Assembly (NCBI GenBank): GCA_030390025.1
Contig: JASTWF010000331.1
Coordinates: 1 to 64,000 of the forward strand
Direction of reading: 5' to 3'
Length of the DNA: 64,000 bases
Origin: Squalus acanthias
Lineage: Eukaryota
Below, one piece after another: positions 1 through 11,696 of this stretch (the stretch's first letter is position 1; every line of letters starts with the position of its first letter). The position numbers and the translations under genes were made by a program. The notes under the pieces are model-generated. The model was not told the DNA's origin. It was given only the letters and a program-made list of their open reading frames with translations, and did not search any database.

Positions 1-20
1 CCACATTTAGAAGATTTTAA

Positions 21-1180
21 ATGGGGGCTGGACTAACTTGGATCATCGTCCTCCAGCTTCACCTTCAGAGGCAGCAGAGGCGCAGATAGAGAGAGTGGCA
101 AACGTGGCCAGAGGGAGGAGGGCGAACAGGCCTCTGCACAGGAGACCTTACTCTCCCAGGGTATTCCGGCAGCAATTCTCCTCCTATATCCATTCGTCTG
201 AGGAGCAGTGTTTCAGAATGCTGTGCTTCAGCAAGGAGGTGTTCACTGAGCTCAGCCACCTACTGCAACCAGACCTGCAGCCTCAGCTCAGGATCAGGGC
301 ATCTCTGTCGGTGGCAGTGAAGGTGACGGTGGCTCTGAATTTCTATGCCAGCGGCTCCTTCCAGGCTTCAACTCGGGACATAGCGAATATCTCCCAGTTC
401 GCTGTCCAATGCTGCATTCGGGAGGTCACAAATGCTATCTACAAAAGGAGAAGTGAGTACATTCCTTTCCCCATGACCCGGGACAAACAGCGCGGACGTG
501 CATGTGGCTTTGATAGTCTAGCGGGCTTCCCCATGATTCAGGGTGCCATTGACTGCACCCATATGGCATTGCAGGTACCTCATGAGAATGCAGAGGTGTT
601 CCGACATTTGTAGGGCTTTCACTCACTGAATATCCAGTTGGTGTGTGACCGAATTAGCGCTTCCTCGCCCTCACTGCCCGCTATCCTGACAGCCGCGACG
701 ATACTTTTATCCTGTACCAGACCGGTGTCAGAGACCTCTTCCAACCACTGCATCAACCTCGTGGATGGCTCCTCGGGTAAACGGGTTATCTACACTGCAC
801 CTGGCTGTTGTCACCGCTCCTTAACACCAACAGTCCTGCTGAGCTCCAATACAATCCAGAATGAGCCCAGCATTCTGAGCCATAGCGCCACCAGGAACCT
901 CATTGAGCAGACGTTCGGCGTCTTGAAACAATAGTTCCGAGGCCTTGATCACTCTGGAGGAGCCGTGCAGTAGTCCCCCGAGCGAATCTCGCTTTTCATT
1001 GTTGTGTGATGTATGCTTCACAACCTTGCAATCATTAGGACCCAGCCATTGCCACTAGGGATTGCTGCACTACCTCTGGAGGAGGAAGAGGGGGAGGAGG
1101 AGGAGGACGAGGAGGTGGAGGATGAAGAGGAGGATCAGCAGCACCAACGTGGGATGTTCCCCCTGAAAGGGCCTGATAAG
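21..1180 (+). pseudogene. Harbinger/PIF transposase (HARBI1-like DDE nuclease), decayed
   Basis: Motifs ALNFYASGSFQ and GFPMIQGAIDCTH, then (stop)GFHSLNIQLVCD, GWLLG, HSATRNLIEQTFGVLK and CMLHNLA across several frames. In-frame TAG at 611-613 plus further stops and frameshifts. Acidic E/D tail at ~1078-1140 and AATAAA at 1307-1312. Confidence 0.9.
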
Positions 1181-1500
1181 ACACCACTTCTGATGAAAGA
1201 CAGAGAAGATGGCTTCTGGGCTCAAGAAACACATAATCGCAACATCCCGCAGCCCCTATGGCCGGGCATGCTCCAATGAGTCAAATCAGCAAAGTTGTAA
1301 AGTTACAATAAATGTTTTTATTTATACCAGAATCTGTGTCTTATTTATTCAGGACAAACAATTAGAAACAAATACAAGAATTCATACACTAACAAAACTC
1401 GTTCTTACCACATCAAGATAAGCATCGAAACAGTAAACACATATATTTAGATTAACATCAAACTTTGCCACAAGCATTCCCCCCATTTATTGCATAATTT

Positions 1501-2365
1501 TTAGTTTTCGGCATTCGAGGGTGATCTCCATCCCCTGCACACTTCCCTCCTTCCCACCCTACTGCTCCTCTGTAATGTGGCCCCAGTGGTTGCAGCAAGG
1601 CTGGCGGAAGGCTGCTGAATGCTGGATCCAGATACTACAGATGGCCTTGAAGGACGCCCTCGACGAGCTCTGGGCCTGGAGGGCCCGGCTGTGGACTGCA
1701 CCAACTCTGCATGGGCGGCAGCAGTCTGGGCTGTCCGGGTTACAGGCCGTGGCAAGTGCAATGGGGAAGTGGCAGTGGTGCGAGCAGGAATGCTGTCATC
1801 TTGAGAAAGGACAGCACCTTTCTGCTCGACCGACACACTGTCACTCCCACGGGGAAGTAGCTCAGCATCCGGAGCATAGATTGCTCTTCAAGCGGTACCG
1901 TGAGATCCCCGGTGGATTGTTGTGACCCAGCGAGGATGGCAACAGTCTGAGACTGGATGGCACCAGCCAATGACTTAATTGCTGAAATAAGCCATTGTGT
2001 TGCGTTGGACTGCAATAGATCCTGTCACCTCACCCATTACACGCGGCATGGGCTCTGGATCCCCACGGTCTCCCTGCAATTTAACCATCCTCTACAACAA
2101 GGCAAGGATGGGTTCAAGGGTTTGTGCACAGATGACAGTTGTGCTACTCTCAGATTCCTCAACTCTCCTAAACAGTGCAACGATGCTGTCGGGCATTCTT
2201 TCCATTGCACCCATGAGCTCCGTGTGCCTATTCATCAGCTGCGTATTCATGGTCGCTATATCGAGATCTGCCTCCGAATCCTGTGCAGCAGAACTCGTGC
2301 ATGCACTCACCACCCGCGGAGATCATCCCCGAGCTTCCCTTCCCACATTGCATTGCTGCAGTCCG
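1501..2365 (-). pseudogene. C-terminal part of the Harbinger second (Myb/SANT-type accessory) gene, convergent with the transposase and cut by a CR1
   Basis: Consecutive minus-strand ORF pieces (2092-2313, 1740-2015, 1501-1836) with a coiled-coil-like segment and a basic S/P/R-rich tail (AGPSRPRARRGRP). Convergent arrangement with minus-strand AATAAA signals at ~1317-1350 and ~1486. The Myb domain itself is not seen. Confidence 0.55.
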
Positions 2366-3590
2366 CTGGAATCTTTTGGGGATGTAACTGGTACAATAGA
2401 TAAGGGAGAACCAGTGGATGTGGTGTATTTGGACTTTCAGAAGGCTTTCAATAAGGTCCCGCATAAGAGATTAGCATGCAAATTTAAAGCACATGGGGTT
2501 GGTGGTAAGGTACTGACTAGGATAGAGAACTGGTTGGCAGACAGGAAGCAAAGAGTTCGTATAAATCGGTCTTTTTCAGAGTGGTAGGCAGTGACTAGTG
2601 GGGTACCGCAGGGATCGGTGCTAGGACCCCAGTTATTCACAATATATATTAATGATCTAGACGAGGGAACTAAATGTAATATCTCCAAGTTTGCACACGA
2701 CACAAAGCTGATTGGGCAGTGTGCTGTGAGAAGGATGCAGAGAAAATCCAGGATGATTTGGACAGGTAGGGTGATTGGGCAGATGCATGGCAGATGCAGT
2801 ATAATGTGGATAAATGCGAGGTTATCCACTTTGGTGGCAAAAACAGGAAGGCAGATTATTATCTGAACGGCAATAGATTGTGAAAAGGGGAGGTGCAACG
2901 AGACCTGGGTGTCCTGGTGCACCAGTCGCTGAAGGTAAGCATGCAGGTGCAGTAGGCGGTTAAGAAGACAAATGGTATGTTGGCCTTCATAGCGAGAGGA
3001 TTCGAGTACAGGAGCAAGGATGTGTTGCTGCAGTTATACAAGGCCTTGGTGAGACTACACCTTGAGTATTGTGTGCAGTTTTGGTCGCCATGAAGGGAGT
3101 GCAGCGAAGATTCACCAGACTGATACCTGGGATGCCAGGAATGACGTATGAAGAGAGATTAGGTCGATTGGGCTTGTATTCGCTAGAGCTTAGAAGAATG
3201 AAAGGGGATCTCATTGAAACTTATAAAATTCTAACAGGACTAAACAGACTAGATGCAGGGAGGAAGTTCCCGAGAACGGGTGAGTCCAGAACCAGATGTC
3301 ACAGTCTAAGTATTACGGGTAAGCCATTTAGGACTGAGATTAGGAGGAATTTCTTCACCCAGAGAGTGGTGAACCTGTGAAATTCTCTACCACAGAAGGC
3401 AGTTGAGGTCAATTCATTAAATATATTCAAGAAGGAGATAGATATATTTCTTAAGGCTAAAGGGATTAACGGATATGGGGATAAATCAGTGACAGGGTAT
3501 TGATTTTGGATGATCAACCATGATCTCATTAAATGGCGGAGCAGTCTCGACGGGCCGAATGGCCTACTCCTGCTCCAATGTTCTATTCTC
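2366..3590 (+). mobile_element. CR1 LINE, 5'-truncated (RT C-terminus and 3' UTR)
   Basis: [29 protein letters not shown] and RRNFFTQRVVNLW motifs. CR1 3' end ggccgaatggcctactcctgctcc. Confidence 0.95.
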
Positions 3591-3597
3591 TTCTGCT

Positions 3598-4155
3598 TCT
3601 ATGCACTCCCAAATGGCAAGAACATCCTTCCTCAGATAAGGTGACCAAAACTGCACACAATACCAAAGGTGTGGTCTCACCAAGGCCCTGTATAACTGCA
3701 GCAAGACATCCTTGCTCCTGTTCTCGAATCCTCTCGCTATGAAGGCCAACATAGCATTTGCCTTCTTAACCGCCTGCTGCACCTGCATGCTAACGTTCAG
3801 CGATTGGTGCACAAGGACACCCAGGTCTCGTTGCAGTTCCCCTTCTACCAATCTTTTGCCGTTGAGTTAATAATTTGCCCTCATGTTTTTGCTACCAAAG
3901 TGGATAACCTGGCATTTATCCACATTATACTGCATCTGCCATGCATCTGCCCAATCACCCAAACTGTCGAAATCATACTGGAGTTTCTCTGCATCCACCT
4001 CACAACATGCACGCCCACCCAGTTTTGTGCCGTCTGCAAACTTGGAGATATTGCATCTAATTCCCTCGTCTAGATAATTAATATATATTTTGAATAGCTG
4101 GGGTCCTAGCACCGATCCCTGCGGTTCCCCACTAGTTACTGCCTGCCATTTCGCA
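3598..4155 (-). mobile_element. CR1 RT fragment, inverted relative to the preceding copy
   Basis: LGPQLF...SKFADGTKLGG, LVRPHLWYCVQFWSPYLRKD. Confidence 0.9.
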
Positions 4156-4454
4156 AGACCTTCTAACTGATCCTCATTCCTATATATAAAATTATCTCCT
4201 TACTCCGTTTACCGCATAGTTTGCATTAACAGAATAAAATATAATTGGAGCCGAAAGCAAGATTCTAAATGCCAAGAAAACTTAGCTGGGTCTTTACCCT
4301 TATAAACTGTTCCTTAGGCTAAAGAGTTGAGAGCTTCAGATACGTACCTGACATGATCCTACATTTCTCTGATGGCGTTTCTTTCTGAATCCAATCCCTT
4401 TGCTTACAGCATAGCCCAAACTCTTATTCAATTCGGCAGACACTTGGTAGATAT

Positions 4455-5243
4455 TATTTAACACAGAGAATTGTGAAGTTAAAAATGAGAAGAGGCAATG
4501 TGATCTCAATGGTACAATTTTAAAGGGGTTGCAGTACATAGGGACCTAGGCATGTATGTACACTAATCTTTGAAGGTGGAGGATAATTTGAGAAGTATGT
4601 TAATAAAGCATACGGGATCATTCGCTTTATTAATAAGCAGTAGAGAACAAAAGCAAGGAAGTTATGCTAAAACTTTATAAAGCACTGATTAGGCTTCAGG
4701 TGGAGTATTGTGTCCAATTCTGGGCACCGCACTTTAGGAAAATGTCAAGGCCTTGGAGCGAGTGAAGAAGAGATTTACGAGAATGGTACCACGAACAAGG
4801 AATAAGTTATGTGGAGAGACTGGAGAAGCTGGGGTTGTTCGGATTAGAGCAGAGAAGGTTAGGTGGAGGTTTGATAGAGGTGTTCAAAAGCCTAAATACA
4901 TTTAATAGAATAATTAAGGAGCAACTCTTTCGAGTGGCAGTGGGGTCGATAACCAAAGGACACAGACTTAATGTGATTGGCAAAAGAACCAGAGACAACA
5001 TGAGGAGGATTTTGTTTTACACAGCGAGTTGTTTTGATCTGGAATGCACTCCCTGAAAGGGTGGTGAAAGCAGATTCAATAGTAACTTACAAAGGGGATT
5101 TGGAAAAAAAATACTTGAGATAAAATAAAATACTGAGGAAAGAGCAGAGGAGTGGGATTAATTGGAAGATTCTACCAAAGACCCGGCACAGGTACGGTGG
5201 GCCAAATGGCCTCCTTCTGTGCTGTATCATTCCATGATTCTAT
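4455..5243 (+). mobile_element. Older CR1 3' fragment
   Basis: ERLEKLGLFGLEQRRLGGGLIEVFK. 3' end ggccaaatggcctccttctgtgctgt...tctat. Confidence 0.85.
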
Positions 5244-5249
5244 AATCAC

Positions 5250-6420
5250 CGATACCTTAGAAAATAAGAAACTGAACGTGGCAGAAGAGCAAAGGGCTCT
5301 AGAGCTACAGGTGAACAAATAATTAAAGGCAGTATCACTGGACAGCAAAGCAATTAAAATGCTAACAATGAATTGGGATTTATTTCTATGGCGAAAGAAT
5401 TCAAAAGAAGTGAAGTTGGCCAATGGTGGGAAGTGGTGTTCCACAAGGATCGGTGCTGGGAACACTTTTGTTCACCATTTACTTAAACAATTCGGACACA
5501 GAAATCAGAAGTGCAATTTCAAACATTGTGGATGCCACCCAAATGGGGTTTTATAGTTAATACAGAGGAGGACTGCGACAAAATCCAGGAAGACCTTATG
5601 AAACTGGCAAAATGGGCGTGTAACTGGCAAATGAAACTCATATAGAGAAATGTGAGGTAGTGCATTTTAATAGGAAGAATACGGAGGTCACAGACTCCTT
5701 GGAAAATTAGTTTTAAACGGGGTTGAGGGAAAGAGGGGTGTGATGGTACAATTACATAAATCACTAAAAGTTGAAATGCAGGTTGATAAGGCCAAAAAAC
5801 AAAGAAATCACAGGGGTTCATTTCGAGAGGGATAGAATTGTAAAGACTAGAAGTTATGTTAAACTTGTATGGAACCTTGGTTAGAACACACTTGGTGTAC
5901 TGTGAACATGGTCTCCATCCTATAAAAAGGACATAGAGGGACTGGCGAAGGTACAAACAGTATTTACTAGAATTATACCAGAACTGAGAGGTTATACCTG
6001 TCAGGAAAGACTGAACAGGCTGGGGGTCATTTCTTTAAGAAATTGAATACTGAAGGATAATCAGATAGTGTTCTTTGATATTATGAAAGGGTGTCATAGG
6101 GTAGATAAGAAAACGTGTTTCCACTTGCTGGACAGACCAGAACTTGGGGTCATAGATTTAAGATAGTCCTCAATAAATCTAATACGGAATTCAGGAGAAA
6201 CATGTTTAACCAATGAATGGTCAGAATGTGGAACTCGCTACCACAAGGAGCAGTTGATGCGAATAGCACAGACACATTTAAAGGGGATTAGGAATAGAAC
6301 GATATTTTTAGTGGGTTAGATGAAAGACAGTGGGTGGAGGCTCGTGTGGAACATCGACACCAACATGGACATTTTGAGTCAAATGGCCTGTCTCTGTGCT
6401 ATAAATACTTTGTAAATTGT
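5250..6420 (+). mobile_element. Degenerate CR1 RT and 3' UTR
   Basis: Decayed ccacaaggatcggtgctggg (PQGSVLG) and tgtgaggtagtgcatttt motifs. CR1-type 3' end aaatggcctgtctctgtgct. Confidence 0.8.
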
Positions 6421-6530
6421 ATTAAACATGTATAGGACACGGGTCAGCTCACATTTAGAGAACTGTGTATAGTTATGATCTCCATAATATAAAAAGGACA
6501 TAGAAGAACTGGAGAAAGTGCAAAAATACT

Positions 6531-7345
6531 TACAACAACAACAACGTTTATGTATATAGCACCATTAACAAAGTAAAATAGCAAACGAGTCACGGGAGCG
6601 TTATTGAACAAAATCTGACCCTGAGCCACATCAGGAGATATTAGGAATGATGAACAAAAGGTAGTCAAAGAGGTAAGTACTAAGCAGCATCTTAAAGGAG
6701 GAGGGAGATATAGAGAAGCAAAGAGGTTCAGGGACGGGATTCCTGAGCTTAGGGCCCAGGCAGCTGAAAGCACAGCCTCCAATGGTGGAGCGGTTACAAT
6801 CGGGGATGTGTAAGAGGCCAGAATTAGAGGAGCACAGAGATCTCGGGAGTGTTGAGGGGCTGGTGGAGCTTGCAGAGGTAGGGAGGGCGAGGCCATGTAG
6901 GGATTTGAAAGCAAGGATGATCATTTTAAAATGGAGGCATTGCCGGAACGGGAGTCACTGTAGGTCAGCGAGCACAAGGGTGGTGGTTTACCGGGATTTG
7001 GTGTGGGTTAGGTTACGGGCAGAAGAACTTTGGATGAGCTCAAGTTATGGAGTGTGGGAGATGGGAAGCCGGCCAGGAGAGAGTTGGTGTTATCAAGTCC
7101 AGAGCTACCAAAGGCTTGGATTATGGTTTGAGCAGCAGATGAGTTCAGGCAGGGGCGAAGTTCGGCGATGTTACTGAGGTGGAAGTAAGCCGTCCTGGTG
7201 ATGGAGTAAATATCTGGTCGGAAGATCATCCCGTTGTCAAATACGACACCAAGGTTGCAAACAGCAAACTGGTGCTAAGGCGAGGGTTGGAGCCGCTGGC
7301 TTGGCAAAGGAGTTTGTGAAGGGGGCCAATCGCTTCGGTCTTACA
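6531..7345 (-). mobile_element. L2-clade LINE 3' fragment nested within an old plus-strand CR1 (6425-6530 / 7355-7830)
   Basis: TAYFHLSNIAELRPCLNSSAAQTIIQAFGSSGLDNTNSLLAG and ILAFKSLHGLA, typical L2 RT C-terminus. (CAA)n tail at ~6532-6545. Confidence 0.8.
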
Positions 7346-7354
7346 CATATTTAG

Positions 7355-7830
7355 TTGGATGGCACCAGAACTGAAAGATTGCAGCTATCGGGAACGATTG
7401 AACAGGTTGGGCCTTTCCGCTATAGAAGTGAGAGGACTTAGATGAGGCCTGATAGAAATATTGAATATCATGAATGGGTTGGACAGGGTAGATGTGGAGA
7501 GAATGTTTACACTTGTGGGCGAATGCAACACTTGTGGTCATAAATACAAGATAGTTACTAATAAATTCAATGGGGAAATAAGGAGCACTGTCTGTACTCA
7601 GATAGTGGATAGAATGTGGAACACACTAGCACAGGAAGTGGTTGAGGAAAATAGTTTAGATTTTTTCAGAAAGAAATTATACGAGTAAATGCTAGAAAGG
7701 GCAAAATAAAGATATTCTGAGAGGCTGAGATGATGTAGATACAATGAGAGGAGACTGGTGTGGAGCATAAACACCAGCACAGAGTGATTGGGCCGAATGG
7801 CCTGTTTGTGTGCTGTATATTCAATGAAAT
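7355..7830 (+). mobile_element. Old CR1 3' end (continuation of the element split by the L2)
   Basis: IMNGLDRVDVERMF...RMWNTL. 3' end ttgggccgaatggcctgtttgtgtgctgt. Confidence 0.75.
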
Positions 7831-8163
7831 ATAATCTCCTGAACTGCAGCTCAGATCTGTCTGCCTACCTACTGACCAGGCTCTTACTCATGAAGCTGCG
7901 AATGATTTGCTGGCCTCAATCGCTGAAGGGCCTCTTTGCAGAAGAGCTCAGAGTGAAAGCAGCAAACTAGAGGTCGTGTCCCGAAAGACAATGTGGGAAA
8001 TGTCAGCCAGAAACAGTCCCGAGTCCTAAACACAGTGCTCCCCACGCCGCTGGCTGTATCTTCAGATCTCCAGCGATTGCTGGTGTAATTCAGTGGGTGG
8101 CAGTCTGGGGATGAATATTACATTCCTCGGCTGGACAAACTGGGAGGCGCCTCTAGGCTGCGA

Positions 8164-9074
8164 TCATTTTTTCTGATTATTACTGAATTGAATAATTGAG
8201 GTAAGCGGATATTTCACCGCCCTCTTCACCTGCTCTCTGAACTTGGACTGGGTCACCCCATAAATAAATGTGTTTGTGCAACAACTTAAATTCCGCAGCA
8301 TATATCCGACTTTTCTAAAGATAAATAAAGAACCAGTGTAATAAAAGGGATTTGTGCCTGCAATGTTATAATATAAGAAATCTATAACATTCACCAGCCA
8401 CAGCAGTATGAAGCTGGCGGATAAGGTGAAGAGTAAAATCACAGACTTCCTTCTGCTCTCCATCTCTGGGTCTCTGCCATTCTCTCCCTTGCTCTCACCC
8501 CTCAGTCCCTTACGGACTCGACTGGCCACTAAAATGTGTCTGACTGTCAGAGCGTTGAGCAACAGAATTAAAGCGAATGGGAGCAGTGGGTTTAAAACCG
8601 CAAGAAACCAGGTAAATCCCACCCACCCGGGCTCAGTAAAAAAGTGTGTGATTGGGAAACAGTCCCTCGGCACATTGTCGATTATCCATCTGGGTTGAAA
8701 TGCAAAGTAGAGGGGAACGTTTCTTAAACAGAGCAGAATTCCGGTTGTTGCCAGAACCACAGCTGCAGTTTTCTCGTTGCAATATTTTGTTTTCAGCTTC
8801 TGGCAACAAATGGCCACAAATCGATCAAAGGTGAAAGTAACGGTGAACCAGACAGAACAGTCTGTGGCTGCATAGGTCAGGACAATCAGAACACTGCACA
8901 CAGGGGTGATGGACAGGAAACTCAATGGCAATTCATGATAACTGATCCGTTTCAGTATGACCTCAGTGACAATGAGCAGGAGATCCGCCGCTGCCATGCC
9001 CACCAGGTACCGAGTGGTGCAGGTGGAGAGCCCGCACTTTCCCCGGGACAGGATCATAATCGCCAGCAAATTCA
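8164..9074 (-). CDS. Class A GPCR, GPR139/GPR142-like, coding exon 2 (TM1 end to TM7 and C-tail), copy 1
   Basis: Uninterrupted 303-codon frame with AADLL (TM2), C3.25 (PVCS), FDRFVAICC (DRY-like), ECL2 Cys, LLP (TM5), SFILLW (TM6) and NTFIY..TQSKFR (TM7/H8). Acceptor ttctgtgttttacag at 9075-9089, phase 1. Confidence 0.93.
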
Positions 9075-9519
9075 CTGTAAAACACAGAAGGGAAAATAGA
9101 TTGGAAATTACTGATCACACGTTCCCCATGTCTGAGCCCAGACAGTAAGGGCTGGATTTTAACAACCCAAAAACTGGCGGACTGGGTTCAAGTCAGAGGG
9201 GAAAATTGAAGAATATCCCCCCGAACCCAACCCGCCTCCAACCCGCCCGCTTCCGAGTTTAACAGAGATGGGACAGGGGGCGGGCAGCGAACCGCTCCCA
9301 GGAGGCTGGATGTCAAGTTAAATAATTTAATGGAGCGGGCAGCCTCTGATTTAACCTGTTTTACAGGTTTAACTGCGGCTGGACTGGCTTCCTGGGCCAC
9401 GGTAATGATTTCACCCCATACTCCCAATTTCTACCCATCGCCCGAGCCCCCCATTGATAGAAAGCTGGGGTCGGGTTCGGACATCCCCAATACTGGGGAA
9501 TGGACACCGACCCGGGACT

Positions 9520-9775
9520 AGTCACAGCCCGGGACCGGTCACACCCCCGGGACCGGTCAAACCCCCGGGTCCGGTGAAACCCGCGGGACCGGTCACACAC
9601 ATGTGACCAGTCAAACCCCCAGGACCGTTCAAACCCCCGGGGCCGGTCAAACCCCCAGCACTGGTCAAACCCCCGGGGCCGGTCAAACCCCCGGGACCGT
9701 TTGAATCCCCGGGACCGGTCAACACCCGGGTGACCGGTAAAACCCCAAGAACCGGTCAAATCCTCGAGTCCATGA
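9520..9775. repeat. GC-rich 18-bp minisatellite (ACCGGTCAAACCCCCGGG), ~14 units
   Basis: Directly visible tandem units. Confidence 0.9.
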
Positions 9776-9822
9776 TCGGACGCACCGCGAGATCAGGCAG
9801 CCCATCCAACCCAGTTTCACAA

Positions 9823-11412
9823 AAACATAGAAACATAGAAGATAGGAGCAGGAGTAGGCCATTCGGCCCCTCGAACCTGCTGCGCCATTTAATGAGAACA
9901 TGGCTGATCATCCAAATTCAGTGCCCTGTCCCTGCTTTCTCCCGATATCCCTTGATCCCTTAAGCCTTAAGAAATATATCTAACTCCTTCTTGAATATAT
10001 TTAATGAATTGGCCTGAACTGCCTTCTGTGTTCGAGAATTCCACAGGTTCACCACGCTCTGGGTGAAGAAATTCCTCTTTATCTCAATCCTAAATGGCTT
10101 ACCCCTTTTCCTTAGACTGTGACCCCTGGTTCTGGACTGTTCCGCCATCGGGAACATCCTTCCTGCATCTAGTCTGTCTATTCCAGTTAGAATTTTATAA
10201 GTTTCAATGAGATCCCCTCTCATTCTTCTAATCTCTAACGAATACAAGCCCAATCGTACAAATATCTCGTCATACGTCATTCCTGCCTTCTCAGGTATCA
10301 GTCTGGTGAATCTTCGCTGCACTCCCTCCATGGCAAGAACACCCTTCCTCACATAAGGCGACCAAAACTGCACACAATACTCAAGATGTGTTCTCACCAA
10401 GGCCCTGTACAACTGCAGCAAGACATTTTTGTTCCTGTAGTCGAATCCTCTCGCTATGAAGGCCAAAATACCATTTGCCTTCTTAACCGCCTGCTGCACC
10501 TGAATGCTTACCTTCAACGACTGGTGCACAAGGACTCCGAGGTCTCGTTGCACTTTCCCTTTTCCCAATCTATTGCCGTTCAGATAATAATCTGCCTTCC
10601 TGTTTTTGCCACCATAGTGTATAACCTCGCATTTCTCCACATTATGCTGCATCTGCCATGCATCTGCCCAATCACCCAACTTGTCCAAATTATACTGGAG
10701 TTTATCTGCATCCTCCTCACAACACACACGCCCACCCAGCTTTGTGTCGTCTGCAAATTTGGAGATATTACATCTAGTTCACTCGTCTAGGTCATTAATA
10801 TATATTGTGAATAACTGGGGTCCTAGCACCGATCCCTGCGGTACCCCACTAGTCACTGACTGCCACTCGGAAAAATACCCTTTTATTCAAACTCTTTGCT
10901 TCCTGTCTGCAAACCAGTTCTCTATCCAAGTCAGTACCTTAACCCCAATCCCATGTACTTTAACTTTGCACGGTAATCTCTTATGCGGGACATTATCGAA
11001 AACCTTCTGCAAGTCCAAATACACCACATCCACTGGTTCTCCCTTGTCTATTCTACCAGTTACATACTCAAAAAATTCCAGTCGATTAGTGAAGCATGAT
11101 TTACCTTTTGTAAATCCATGTTGACTTTGTTCGATCATGTCACTGTTTTCCAAGTGCTCTGCTGTTACATATTTTATAACGGATTCTAGCAATTTCCCCA
11201 CTACCGATGTCAGGCTTACTGGTGTATACTTCACCGTTTTGTCTATCCCACCTTTTTTAAATTGTGGGGTAACATTAGCTGCCCTCCAATTCATGGGAAC
11301 TGTTCCAGAGTCTATAGAATTTTGTAAGATGACCAGCAATGCATCTATTATTTCTAGGGCCACTTCCTTAAGTACCCTAGGATGTAGATTATCAGGACAT
11401 GGGGATTTATCG
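9823..11412 (-). mobile_element. Young 5'-truncated CR1 LINE
   Basis: RT ORFs 9960-10727 and 10887-~11410. (catagaaa)n tail at 9825-9840. Confidence 0.95.
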
Positions 11413-11696
11413 GACCTACCTGGTGCTGCTCCGGTGTCCCCACACCCCGAACGACTTGAAGCCCTACTGTCAATCAGACTGACTTCCGGGGTGGGGAACC
11501 AGTCAAGGACAAAGGACGTACGCTGTGGAGTTAAGACACCCCAACGTCCGGGAATACCTGGACTTCCAGGTATCCTGTCTGATATTCCGCATCCACCCCG
11601 TACCCTCCGGCCATCGTACATAACCCGCCTCTATTAATATCCAGGCGGAAGTATATGAGCAAATGCAAAATACTGAGACTGCTGTAAATCTGATCA

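Larger units (their letters stand above)
9149..11647. mobile_element. Non-autonomous TIR element (Harbinger-type MITE) containing a minisatellite and a later CR1 insertion
   Basis: Left end TAA|gggctggattttaac (9149-9163). Right end attaatatccaggcg (11633-11647) is a degenerate inverted copy. The paralogous right TIR gttaatatccagacc is at 51399-51413. Confidence 0.6.

Noticed and set aside
38..613. Domesticated host HARBI1 gene
   Set aside because: Multiple stops and frameshifts and a transposon-type two-gene layout.
1997..2587. 196-aa ORF
   Set aside because: Chance read-through from antisense Harbinger sequence into CR1 RT.
9522..9725. Silk/elastin-like GPGGLT ORF
   Set aside because: Translation of an intronic 18-bp minisatellite inside a MITE.
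10887..11621. 244-aa ORF with a novel N-terminus fused to RT
   Set aside because: Junction artefact of MITE sequence and a 5'-truncated CR1 (atcgg microhomology at ~11410).
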